This document shows, piece by piece, positions 1-11,189 of a DNA stretch of 64,000 nucleotides; within the stretch, counting starts at the first letter, position 1, and the number at the start of each line of letters is the position of its first letter. The stretch is from assembly GCA_964016885.1 (NCBI GenBank), contig OZ024764.1:15438001-15502000 (forward strand), written 5' to 3'. The position numbers and the translations under genes were made by a program. The stretch is from Eledone cirrhosa (lineage: Eukaryota). The notes beneath the pieces are model-generated. The model was not told where the DNA came from, did no database searches, and was given only the letters and a program-made list of their open reading frames with translations.

Positions 1-178
1 TTGATCTTCCTTGTTTATTGGTATTTGACTGCTATTTCTAGCATGTATGGACACTTTAGAAATAGCAGCGAACAACAGAAAACATAAGAAAGAAGGACAG
101 ATACGTATATATATATGTGTGTATATATACATATATATACACACACACACAGATATGTGTGTGTATATATATATATAC

Positions 179-240
<62 letters not shown>

Positions 241-399
241 GTGTTATATATACGTATGTGTATATATATATATATATATATATACACATACGTATATATA
301 ACATCCAAACACACACACACACGCATATATGTACACACACACACATATATATGTAATATAGGTGTGTTTGTGTGTGTATGTATGCACGTACGCACATAC

Positions 400-1312
400 A
401 CAATTATCTATATATCAGGGATATACGCCCCACGGGAAGCAATTTGTATATAATAGGGGTTAATTTGAAGCAGAAAAGATTGGGGACCACTGAAGACAAC
501 AAATCGCCCTTTTTATTTTATTACAATTATTATTATTATGATTATCATAAATAAATAAATCATTATTATTATCACATATATATATATATGCACACACACA
601 CACACATATGTATATATATGTGTGTGTGTGTGTTCTTCTTTCTGTTTTTCGCTGCTATTTCTAAAGTGTCCATACAGCTAGAAATAGCAGCAAATGCGAC
701 CAAACAAACTGCACACCCGCAAAATTTTTGACTCGATTTTTGCGATTAAGTAAGACAAGAGTTATCTTTCTTGGCAAATTGTTTAAAAACTTTTCACTGA
801 TTTTAGGCCAAAGTTTTTTAATGGCCGCCACTTCCGGTTTTTGGTGTGCGTCTACAGGACTGCAGTAAACCTGCTAGAAATAGCAGTCATAGCAACACAC
901 TCACATATATTTTATATCAGGGATTCCCAACGTGAGGTGCATGCCCCTCAGGTGGCAATTTGCATATAATAGGGGTCAATTTGAAAGTGATATAATACGA
1001 CCCAGTTACACTTCGTCTACACATGTTATCGTGTATCTGGCAGCACCTGCGAGGAGTTTGTTTACATTTTGTTTGTTTGTTTTGATCATCGCTGCATCGT
1101 AGCTTTGTTTAAATAAAGGGTTTCTACTTTATATTACAGTAATAACACTTTCAGAAGACTCGGATTGTTTTTATATTAAAGGGGAACATAAACATATTTT
1201 AGATTGAGGAGGGGCATGTAGCAGAAATATAGACACACACGTATATATATATAGATGTCTATGTGTGTGCGTGTGTGGATGCTCTCTGTCCCACTTTGTC
1301 TATCTTTCTCTT

Positions 1313-1386
<74 letters not shown>

Positions 1387-1397
1387 CGTATATATAC

Positions 1398-1434
<37 letters not shown>

Positions 1435-1757
1435 AGCGAAAAACAGAAAGAAGTACACACACACACACACATATAAATATATTTAAATGTGTGTGTGTGT
1501 ATATATAAATATATACATATATATATATATATACACACACATACGTATATATAACATCCACACACACACCTATATGTAATATAGGTGTGTGTGTATGTAT
1601 GCACGTACGCACACACACCATTATATATATATCAGGATATACGCCCCACAGGGAGCAATTTGTATATAATAGGGGCCAAATTAAAGCAGAAAAGACTGGG
1701 GACCACTGAAGACAACAAATCGGCCTTTTTTTTATTACAATTATTATTATTATTATC

Positions 1758-1794
<37 letters not shown>

Positions 1795-3575
1795 TATATA
1801 TATATGTGTGTGTGCGTGTCCTTCTTTCCGTGTTTCGCTGCTATTTCTAAAGTGTCCATACATGCTAGAAATAGCAGCAAATGCGACCAAACAAACTGCA
1901 CACACGCAAAATTTTTGACTCGATTTTTGCGATTAAGTAAGACAAGAGTTATCTTTCTTGGCAAATTGTTTAAAAACTTTTGCCTGATTTTAAGCCAAAG
2001 TTTTTTAATGGCTGCCACTTCCGGTTTTTGTTGTGCGTCTACAGGACTGCAGTAAACCTGCTAGAAATAGCAGTCATAGCAACACACTTACATATATTTA
2101 TATAACGGGGATTCTGAACGAGGGGTGCACGCCCTACTGGGGTTAATTTGAATATAATAGGGTCCAATTTGAAGTGATATAATACGACCCAGTTACACTT
2201 CGTCTACACATGTTACCGTGTATCTGGCAGTACCTACGAGAAGTTTGTTTTGATCATCGCTGCATCGTAGCTTTGTTTAATTAAAGGGTTTCTACTTTAT
2301 ATTACAGTTTCTACTTTATAACACCTTTAGAAGGCTCTGTTTATTTTTATATTAAAGGGGAACATAAACATATTTAAGATTGAGGAGGGGTATGGTGCAG
2401 AAAAGTTTGGGAACCACTGATATGTGTGTGTATATATATATATATGTGTGTGTGTCCTTCTCTCGTCTATGGCTGTTATTTCTATATTGTCCTTCTTTTT
2501 GTTATTGTTCTTAGGATTTGCTCGGATTCGAACGTGCGACCACCGTATTTACAATACAGAATCATTAAAGCTCTCGTAATTTTAAGTAATCCAAGTTGTA
2601 ACCTCGGATTTTGGGGTGATTCATTTATTTTAAAGTATTTTATTATTGGTATTAGTTGGTCGATCGACTAAGGCCATGCTGGGGCACCACATCGATTATA
2701 TTTAATCATTAATATCGGCCCCAGTACATATTCTTTTACACATACAGCCTCACATATTTATTTATTATTTTATTCGTTTCACATTTTAAACTGGCCAGGC
2801 TGGGGCACCGCCTTTATTATATGTGGCCTCATAACACACACACACACATATATATATATACATGTGTGTGTATATATATATGTGTGCCCCTCTTTCTGTT
2901 GTTCGCTGCTATTTCTAAAGTGTCCATACATGCTAGAAATACCAGCAAACAAGACCAAATCAACTGCACAGCCGCAATATATATATGATATATAAATATA
3001 TGTGAGTTGCTATGACTGCTATTTCTAGCAGGTTATTCTTAGCGTGTAGACTGCACACCCGCAAAATTTTTATCTCGATTTTTGCGATTAAGTAAGGCAA
3101 GAGTTATCTTTCTTGGCAAAAACACCCTGGTTTGTTTACATTAAATTTTCTATTGTTTAAAAACTTTTCACTGATTTTTAGCCAAAGTTTTTTAATGGCT
3201 GCCACTTCCGGTTTTTGGTGTGCGTCTACAGGACTGCAGTAAACCTGCGAGAAATAGCAGTCATAGCAACACACTCACATATATTTATTTATGAGGGATT
3301 CTCAACGTGGGGTGCACGCCCCACAGGGGATAATTTGCATATTATAGGGGTCAATTTGAAAGTGATATAATACGACCCAGTTACACTTCGTCTACACATG
3401 TTATCGTGTATCTGGCAGCACCTGCGAGAAGTTTGTTGACATTTTGGGGTTTGTTTTGATCATCGCTGCATCGTAGCTTTGTTTAAATAAAGGGTTTCTA
3501 CTTCATATTACAGTAATAACACTTTTACAAGACTCTGTTTGTTTTTATATTAAAGGAGGACATAAACATATTTTA
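400..3575. repeat. ~1.19-kb unit in three diverged tandem copies, interleaved with (AT)n/(CA)n
   Basis: Block 'gccacttccggtttttg.tgtgcgtctacaggactgcagtaaacctgc' recurs at ~826, ~2014 and ~3201; downstream 'gtgatataatacgacccagttacacttcgtctacac' at ~988, ~2174 and ~3362. Confidence 0.9.
2105..2420. mobile_element. hAT-like MITE inside the 1.19-kb unit; internally deleted versions at 417-492 and 1633-1708
   Basis: Left end 'cagggattcccaac' (copy at 918) and right end 'gtttgggaaccactg' resemble CAGGGGTTCCCAAAC-type hAT TIRs; the short versions join the left part directly to 'gcagaaaagattggggaccactg'. Confidence 0.5.
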
Positions 3576-4457
3576 AATGTTGATATATATATTTATTTAT
3601 TTATGTCCTTCTTTCTGTTGTTTACTAAACTCAACATTTTTCTGTTGTTCTCTGGGATTCTAGCATGTATGTATTATATATATGGCAGTCAACCTCACTT
3701 GATACAGACTCGAAAAAACCGTCGCTAATCGTGATCGTTGGGGTTATAATTAAAGAGCCTAAGACTAAAAATATATATATAGATGTCGAAACGGCAGGAG
3801 CTCAGCCGTCGGGGTCCTGAATATGTTCATATATATATATATATGTGTTCTGCGACATTTATAATTACATAAGCAAGCATCTAATTATTTGAATAACAAA
3901 ATTTGAGGTTTAAATACTTTATTTTTTACCAATAACATTAAGAAAGGCATGAACAACACCACATGTTTTTTTTACTTCCATATTGAAAGTAGGTTTATAA
4001 ATATTAAATTTCAGTCAATTCTTGTAACCTTCATGGTGGTCTGGTGGGAGATACCAGAGATGGTGGAGGTCCTGGTCTGGGGTTCAATCCTGGTCATGAG
4101 ATATAGATAGAAACTTCTTTAACTTTTTTTCTTATCTCTAGAGATAAATACATATACACAAGGTAATTTGGTAGAATTGTTAGAACATCAGATAGAATTC
4201 TTCGTAGTATTTTTTCCAGTTCTTTATTCTCAGTTCAACTTTACCTTTCTTCTTGTATTCGGGGTTGATAATTAAGTACCAGTCAAATACTAGGGGTTAA
4301 TTCTTCCTCTATATCTCTTTCTCACTCTCTATCCTTCTCTGGAAGAAATCTGTTTTATTCAGACCTGGAGATGTTTTGGGTTTTTTTCTAGAGAGAAAGA
4401 GAGACTTTTGTTATGTAGTTAAACAACATCTTTCCATTCGTTACAGTCCTTTGTCAT

Positions 4458-4575
4458 TTCCCAAATGAAACAGTTCTAGTCCTGTAGAAGCCATTTCTAT
4501 ATTAAATATTTATACTCTGCTATGTATTGAGTACCTTACTTACTGTGGTTACCCCCGATTGAACCCAGGATAAAC
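4458..4575 (+). mobile_element. Dispersed repeat, probable Penelope-like pLTR fragment (also 28682-28815 +, ~41315-41380 -)
   Basis: Near-identical 'aaatgaaacagttctagtcctgta...atattaaatatttatactctgct.tgtattgagtac...ctgtggttacccccgattga' at two + sites and reverse-complemented at a third; carries a hammerhead-like GAAAC...GTC half. Confidence 0.5.
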
Positions 4576-4579
4576 TTAT

Positions 4580-4745
4580 ATCATCATCATCATCGTTTAA
4601 CATCCATCTTCCACGCTAGCATGGGTTAGACGGTTTCATTCCATTTGATGCGGGAATGGTCGGGAGACCGTGTCTCACTCACAGGGAAGTGTCTCTGGCA
4701 GGTTTTTTTTACAGTTGGATGCCCTTCCTAACACCAACCACATTT
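4580..4745 (-). mobile_element. SINE 3' portion with RTE-type tail, running into the 49-bp array
   Basis: (cat)n-cgtttaac...ccacgctagcatgggttagacgg tail plus 'ggatgcccttcctaacaccaacc', shared with copies at 15200, 17160 and 29260. Confidence 0.75.
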
Positions 4746-6032
4746 ACAGTGAGGACTGGGAGTCTTTTTACCGTGTCTCCTACATGACCACCTTACAGTG
4801 TGGACTGGGAGTCTTTTTACCGTGTCTCCTACACGACCACTTTACAGTATGGACTGGGAGTCTTTTTACCATGTCTCCTACACAACCACATTACAGTGTA
4901 GACTGGGAGTCTTTTTACCGTGTCTCCTACACAACCACATTACAGTGAGGACTGGGAGTCTTTTTACCGTGTCTCCTTCACGACCACTTTACAGTGTGGA
5001 CTGGGAGTCTTTTTACCATGTCTCCTACGCAACCACATTACAGTGTGGACTGGGAGTCTTTTTACCATGTCTCCTTCACGACCACTTTACAGTGTAGACT
5101 GGGAGTCTTTTTACTGTGTCTCCTACACGACCACTTTACAGTGAGGACTGGGAGTCTTTTTACCATGTCTCCTACATGACCACATTACAGTGTAGACTGT
5201 GAGTCTTTTTACCGTGTCTCCTACACAACCACATTACAGTGTGGACTGGGAGTCTTTTTACCGTGTCTCCTTCACGACCACTTTACAGTGTGGACTGGGA
5301 GTCTTTTTACCATGTCTCCTACGCAACCACATTACAGTGTGGACTGGGAGTCTTTTTACCATGTCTCCTTCACGACCACTTTACAGTGTAGACTGGGAGT
5401 CTTTTTACTGTGTCTCCTACACGACCACTTTACAGTGAGGACTGGGAGTCTTTTTACCATGTCTCCTACATGACCACATTACAGTGTAGACTGTGAGTCT
5501 TTTTACCGTGTCTCCTACACAACCACATTACAGTGAGGACTGGGAGTCTTTTTACCGTGTCTCCTTCACGACCACTTTACAGTGTGGACTGGGAGTCTTT
5601 TTACCATGTCTCCTACGCAACCACATTACAGTGTGGACTGGGAGTCTTTTTACCATGTCTCCTTCACGACCACTTTACAGTGTAGACTGGGAGTCTTTTT
5701 ACTGTGTCTCCTACACGACCACTTTACAGTGTGGACTGGGAGTCTTTTTACCGTGTCTCCTACACAACCACTTTACAGTGTAGACTGGGAGTCTTTTTAC
5801 CGTGTCTCCTACACAACCACATTACAGTGTGGACTGGGAGTCTTTTTACCGTGTCTCCTACACAACCACTTTACAGTGTGGACTGGGAGTCTTTTTACCG
5901 TGTCTCCTACACAACCACTTTACAGTGTGGACTGGGAGTCTTTTTACCGTGTCTCCTACACAACCACTTTACAGTGTGGACTGGGAGTCTTTTTACCGTG
6001 TCTCCTACACAACCACTTTACAGTGTGGACTG
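4742..6032. repeat. 49-bp minisatellite (~26 copies) with a 294-bp (6-mer) higher-order repeat
   Basis: Unit actgggagtctttttaccgtgtctcctacacaaccactttacagtgtgg; matching ORF starts at 4994/5288/5582 and 5199/5493 are 294 bp apart. Confidence 0.97.
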
Positions 6033-7182
6033 TTGTGTCATCGACACAGTGGACAGAAAAGGGAGAGGGAGGGTGGGGTGGGGTGTACATTGAGTTAAGT
6101 GGTGCCTACTGACTGTAGGTTTGTATGCAATGGCAGTACAAACCTACATATATGTGTGTGTGTGGTGTTTAGGTGTATACATCTCTATTTACCATTGTAT
6201 ATGTACATCTATATATTGTAAAAAGAAAATTGAAAGAATTTTATAAAGTTTAACATTTTTTATTGACAACATATGTAAATGACTTTCATAGTTTTTCTTA
6301 TTCCACTTTTCTTACAGATGTCCAGCCTTCTTTGTCATATACTGTGTTTGCTGTAACCACTGAGAGAATATTGGTGAAGTTTCTGTTAATAAAGAATGTT
6401 TACATATAAATTGTGTTCAGTTATTTTCACCAAAAAAGATGGGCTTTTGGCCTCATAAATGAAGTGTTCGTTAATAAAAATTGTTTACATATAATATACG
6501 AACCGTGTTGAAGTATCTATAAGAGACTTATCTTGGTGCATAAACTTCCACCACTCACAGAGTCCTATCTTTCAGCCTAAGCTTCAAGATGGGATTCAGT
6601 CCATAGCATATTCTGACAGCCAGGGGTTTGTAACTATCCCCACTCTTGCCTGTAAAGTCATTTCTGGCACCACACCTGAATATGGAGTTTCCATATTCAG
6701 GTGTGGTGCCATGCAATGGGCATTCTATGAACATCTATAAATCAATGGGTAGCAGTAGTTCCAGCTGCACACATCTAAAGACAGGTGTAGTGGTTCTGAG
6801 AACAATGTAGCTTTACAGGTGATCAATGTAAATTGACAATGGAAAGGTGCTCCCGCTTGAGTTAGAAGAGAACTATTGACCTTCAGGAGAAGCAGTGACC
6901 CCTGATTGTATTCAGCAACCCAAACACATATGAAGTACACCAAATCCAATGCTCCTAGGGGCAGCCCTGGTTCTTCTTATTTGCAAGTGTAAACTTGACC
7001 AGATTAGATTAGATAAGATATATATATGCGTATATAATGGTGTATATATAATGGTGTATTGCTCAATAATTACTGATGCAAACACCAATAATTGAAGTTC
7101 ATTGTACTGAACAAAAATTATACACTCGGTTACACATGTGTATGTGTGTGTATGTTTCTATGTTTATGTGTGTGTATATATA

Positions 7183-7240
<58 letters not shown>

Positions 7241-7339
7241 TAAACATACAAACATGCATATACACACACATACACATATATATATAGTAAAATAAAATAA
7301 CAAGGAGGATTGGTTACTCCTCCATTACATTTATTGGTT

Positions 7340-7426
7340 GGTGACACGTGTTTCACCACTGATCAGCTCAAGGTTTGATCTGTATCGAGCTGACCCAACT
7401 CTGTAATCCGCGGCTCATCAGACCCC
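7340..7426 (-). ncRNA. Type-I hammerhead ribozyme motif
   Basis: Minus strand reads GGGGU-CUGAUGA-GCCGCGGAUU...GAUCAGUGGU-GAAA-CACGUG-UC-ACC: canonical core, stem II, short palindromic stem III, GUC site, stem I GGU/ACC. Confidence 0.75.
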
Positions 7427-7451
7427 TTATACTGGTAATGGAAAAAAAAAG

Positions 7452-7537
7452 GGGGTCTGAGGAGCCGCAGATTACTGAGTCAGGTCAGATTGAACATATC
7501 GAACCTTGAGCTGATCAGTGGTGAAACACGTGTCACC
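7452..7537 (+). ncRNA. Type-I hammerhead ribozyme motif
   Basis: ggggt CTGAGGA(7457-7463) gccgc...gtggt GAAA(7523-7526) cacgt GTC(7532-7534) acc; AATAAA at 7542. Confidence 0.7.
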
Positions 7538-7702
7538 AACCAATAAATGTAATGGAGGAGTAACCAATCGTCCTTGTTACCCTTTCACTATAATACACTC
7601 TGTCTAGCTCTACACCTCGACACTGAAGTGAACCTAAACATCGAGTGCTCACCCGGGTGAACCTACAGTAACTCCAAGTTACACTCCCTGGAGATATATA
7701 TA

Positions 7703-8036
7703 GGCACATGGCTTAGTGGTTAAAGCATTGGCCTTGCAATCGAAAGGTTGTGAGTTCAATTCTCAGACCGGGTGATGTGTTGTTTCCTTGAGCAAGACAC
7801 TTTATTTCACATTGCTCCAGTTTACTCAGCTGTAGAAATGAGATGATAGGGACTGGGGTCCCTATCATTCCACTGCAAAGTGGTCGTGGAGGTGCCACGG
7901 CAAAAAAGCACCCAGCACTCACTGTAAATGAGGTTGGTGTTAGGAAGGGCATCCAGCTGTAGAGATCAAGCCAGAACCAGTTCCCGTCCCACCCTTGCAA
8001 GCAGGGAAAAGCGGACGTAAAATGATGATGATGATA
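7703..8036 (+). mobile_element. Full-length tRNA-derived SINE (CORE-like central domain, RTE-derived tail)
   Basis: A-box 'tggcttagtggt', B-box 'gagttcaattc', CORE-like 'ccttgagcaagacacttta', tail 'cccgtcccacccttgcaagcagggaaaagcggacgtaaaa(tga)n' matching local RTE 3' ends. Confidence 0.85.
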
Positions 8037-8230
8037 TAAATATATTTATTTACACACATATATATATTTGTGTATATGTGTATGTATGCATGTGTGTGTA
8101 TATATATTATATGTGTGTATGTGTGTGTATATGTATGTGCGTATGTATATATATATGTTTGTATGTGTATATATATATGTGTGTGTATGTGTGCGTATAT
8201 GTATGTTTTTGTATGTATATGTGTATATAT

Positions 8231-8790
8231 AGAATTTATTCTCTAGCTCCTCTACTGATTCTGCTATAAAAACCAGATTGTCAGTATAGAGAAGTTCCCA
8301 TGGGCAGATAGTCTTAAACTCCTCTGTTATGGCTTGGAGGACTATAATGAACAAGAGCGGGCTGAGGACCGAACTCTGATGGACTCCTCCTTGTATCTGG
8401 AATTCCTCACTAAACTCCATTCCTACCCTCACTTTACAGACAGCACCTCTGTACAAAGCTTGCACTGTCCTCACAAGCCATTCCTCAACACCTAGCTTCC
8501 TTAGGGATCACCAGATGACAGATTGGGGTACACTATCAAAGGCTTTCTCTAGGTCAACAAAAGCTAAGTATAATGGCTTATTCTTCTCTAAGAACCTCTC
8601 TTGTAGTTGTCTCACTAAGAAGAGGGCATCGGTTGTACTTTTCCCAGGCACAAAACCAAACTGCATCTCATCTAGTTTGACTCTTTCTCCAATTAGTTGC
8701 TCTAATATCCTTTCTGCCACTTTCATAACCTGATCTATCAGTTTTATACCCCTATAATTGATCCTCTCCAGAGCATCCCCTTTACCTTTG
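8231..8790 (-). mobile_element. RTE-clade LINE reverse-transcriptase fragment (degenerate)
   Basis: QFGFVPGKSTTDALFLVRQLQE...YLAFVDLEKAFDSV and GVHQSSVLSPLLF...LLYTDNLV (YADD decayed); stop between the two ORFs. Confidence 0.92.
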
Positions 8791-9064
8791 TATATGTGTG
8801 TTTATGTGAATAGATATATTTTTATGTGTATGTGTATGTATGTCTATATATATATATATGTGTATGTGTGTGTATATGTATGTTTTTGTATGTATGTGTA
8901 TGTATGTGTTAAATATGTGTGTATGTGTGTATATGTATGTTTTTGTATATATATATATATATATATTTTGTATATAAATATATATATATATATATATATC
9001 ATACAATTATAATTAGATCAATGTCCAATTTTTATACAGATACCAGCTCAGCTACTGTACTGAA

Positions 9065-9260
9065 ACCACACCATTACCACCACCTCCACCACTGCCACCA
9101 CCACCACCACCACCTCCACCATACCAACACCACCACCACCACCACCACCACTGCCAACACCACCACCACCATCACACCATTACCACCTCCACCACTGCCA
9201 CCACCACCACACCACCACCACCACCACCACCACCACCACCACCACCACCACCACCACTAC
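9065..9260. repeat. (CAC)n-rich microsatellite
   Basis: Direct reading. Confidence 0.95.
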
Positions 9261-9364
9261 ACTATAAAACTTGAGAAAGTTTGTTTTGATGCATAAATTG
9301 TGGACAGAGTCGATGTGAATGGAAATTACTGGACAGCAGTGGATATTACTGGTACAGGTGGAGA

Positions 9365-9572
9365 GCACTGACATCTGTAGACAGTACCCACATCTGTAGA
9401 CCACACTGAGATCTGTAGACAGTACCCACATCTGTAGACCACACTGAGATCTGTAGACAGTACCCACATCTGTAGACAGTACCCACATCTGTAGACAGTA
9501 CCCACATCTGTAGACAGTACCCACATCTGTAGACAGTACCCACATCTGTAGACCACACTGACATCTGTAGAT
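9365..9572. repeat. 19-bp minisatellite (~11 copies)
   Basis: Unit acagtacccacatctgtag alternating with accacactgagatctgtag. Confidence 0.9.
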
Positions 9573-9599
9573 AATATTAACATCAACAGAATTACTCAC

Positions 9600-9658
9600 A
9601 TCAATTGCTCAGTTAACAATATATAACTATTATAAAACCATTATCAGACCTAGAAAAG
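9600..9658 (+). other. Candidate 5'UTR exon of the secreted-protein gene (start uncertain)
   Basis: Perfect donor AAG|GTAAGT at 9658/9659; the coding exon at 10789 starts with an acceptor 5 nt before the ATG, so an upstream exon is expected. Confidence 0.45.
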
Positions 9659-9830
9659 GTAAGTTTTCTTTCATAATTTTCTACATACATTGTATGTATG
9701 CAGTGTGTGTGTAACTAAGAGAGTATGTGTGTGTGTGTGTGTGTATATATACACACATGCATACATATATATTTATATATATATACACTTTCTAATTGTT
9801 TGACTATGTTACATTTTAGTACTTGAGTGT

Positions 9831-9945
9831 CATTGCTCTCATGTATGTATATAGCATGTGTATATATATCATATATATATAGTAATAATAATAAATGTGA
9901 AGACTAAAATTCAAAGAGGGCTCCATAAGGATAAATATATAATAG

Positions 9946-9979
<34 letters not shown>

Positions 9980-10178
9980 TATAGGTATATAGTATATATG
10001 TTATATATATATATATATATACACACACCCACATATAGGTATATATATATATATATATATATACTATTATATATTTATCCTCATGGAGCCCTCTTTGAAT
10101 TTTAGTCTTCACATTTATTATTATTACTATATATATATGATATATATACACATGCTATATACATACATGAGAGCAATG
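9831..10178. repeat. Near-perfect inverted repeat (~130-bp arms) around a microsatellite spacer
   Basis: cattgctctcatgtatg...aaagagggctccat.aggataaatatataatagta versus tactattatatatttatcctcatggagccctcttt...catacatgagagcaatg. Confidence 0.92.
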
Positions 10179-10242
10179 TAGTCCCACCCTTGCAAGCAGG
10201 GAAAACCGGACGTAAAATGATGATGATGATGATGATATATAT

Positions 10243-10640
10243 ACTAGCTGAATTACCCGTGCCTTGCTGCGTTTCACACATTTTTTTTGTAAGAAAATGA
10301 TGATTTTTGTTGATAATTTTTGTTGTCATAATTCTAGTGATGTTGTGCCACAGATAAAATATCTAAATTAGCCAAATTTTACTTTAAAAGAGGTGATTTT
10401 TTTGTTGATTTACGTTTAATTAATAGAAAAACCCTTGTGATAATAGAGAGTCTAATACTCAAGTTATGGGCTTCCAAAGTTCTCACTATAGGGAGTTTAA
10501 CCCCTATTAGGGTGTCTTAATATTATTGAAATTTGCTGAAATTTTGTGAATAGGCATCATATGTTGTCATTTACCCATGGTTTAAATTTCATATAAATCT
10601 ATAAATATATAATGATGCTATATTAACATACATATACTCT
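10243..10640 (+). mobile_element. Possible non-autonomous Helitron/Helentron-like element
   Basis: Starts 'actagctgaattacccgtgccttgctgcg', a 5' pattern seen in such invertebrate elements; the 3' end is poorly defined. Confidence 0.35.
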
Positions 10641-10793
10641 CTCTCTTATTCTTTCTCCTTCAACTATCTTCTCTTACTACATCCTCCCTCCTCATGTCAA
10701 TCCCTCCCTCCCTCCCTCCCTATATCTATCCACTGACTATTTATTTATTTATCAGCCCCTCTCTCTCATTATTCTGTTCAATTTACAGATACA

Positions 10794-11118
10794 ATGTCCA
10801 AGTGTCCAGTTTTGACCAGCATACTGCTGCTACTCTTAATCCTTGCAACAGATCTGACCATTTCCTCAGAAGAGACATTTAACAAAGCCATTTATCAATC
10901 TCTAGGTTCTGGCTACTCCTACAGCTACCTTTTAACCCCTTCAACAAATGCATTCTCCCTCTGCATCAATGTAGGGCAATGTGCCCTTGCTGCTTTGGAC
11001 AATCAAGCAGAATTCTTCAGCTACGTCCCTTCTACCCTCCATTGCAAGAGCTACTTACCAGGCAGTATAGTGACAGCCAGGAAGGATAATCAGATCTATG
11101 AGAGATGCTTCTTTAGAT
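10794..11118 (+). CDS. Uncharacterised secreted protein, coding exon 1 (signal peptide + Cys-containing PAN/apple-like module)
   Basis: Acceptor tttacag at 10788, ATG 10794, hydrophobic leader ILLLLLILA, C-x4-QC...F.Y.P....C pattern; donor T|GTAAGT at 11118/11119 (phase 1). Confidence 0.88.
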
Positions 11119-11189
11119 GTAAGTAAAATATTTATTATAGTTATTATATACACTAGCAGAAAGACCAGCCTTGGGGTAGTTTTCTGCTA

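Larger units (their letters stand above)
7284..7592. mobile_element. Long inverted repeat (~140-bp arms), Penelope-like inverted pLTR structure
   Basis: 7284-7426 is the reverse complement, with some mismatches, of 7452-7592; each arm holds a hammerhead motif followed by AATAAA. Confidence 0.75.

Noticed and set aside
15-2055. Numerous YI/CV/HT-rich ORFs (also 45606-46832, 58749-59436)
   Set aside because: Translations of (AT)n, (GT)n and (CA)n microsatellites.
4742-6032. CRISPR-like regular repeats (here and in the other arrays)
   Set aside because: Units are head-to-tail with no unique spacers, there are no cas genes, and the context is eukaryotic.
4142-6400. Small + strand exons (4142-4162; from 6318) suggesting a transcript from the triplicated unit
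   Set aside because: Only splice-like dinucleotide contexts, no ORF or homology; such signals arise by chance in AT-rich DNA.
7703-7775. tRNA gene
   Set aside because: A and B boxes are present, but no full cloverleaf was found and it continues into SINE body; same for the heads at 14150 and 33680.
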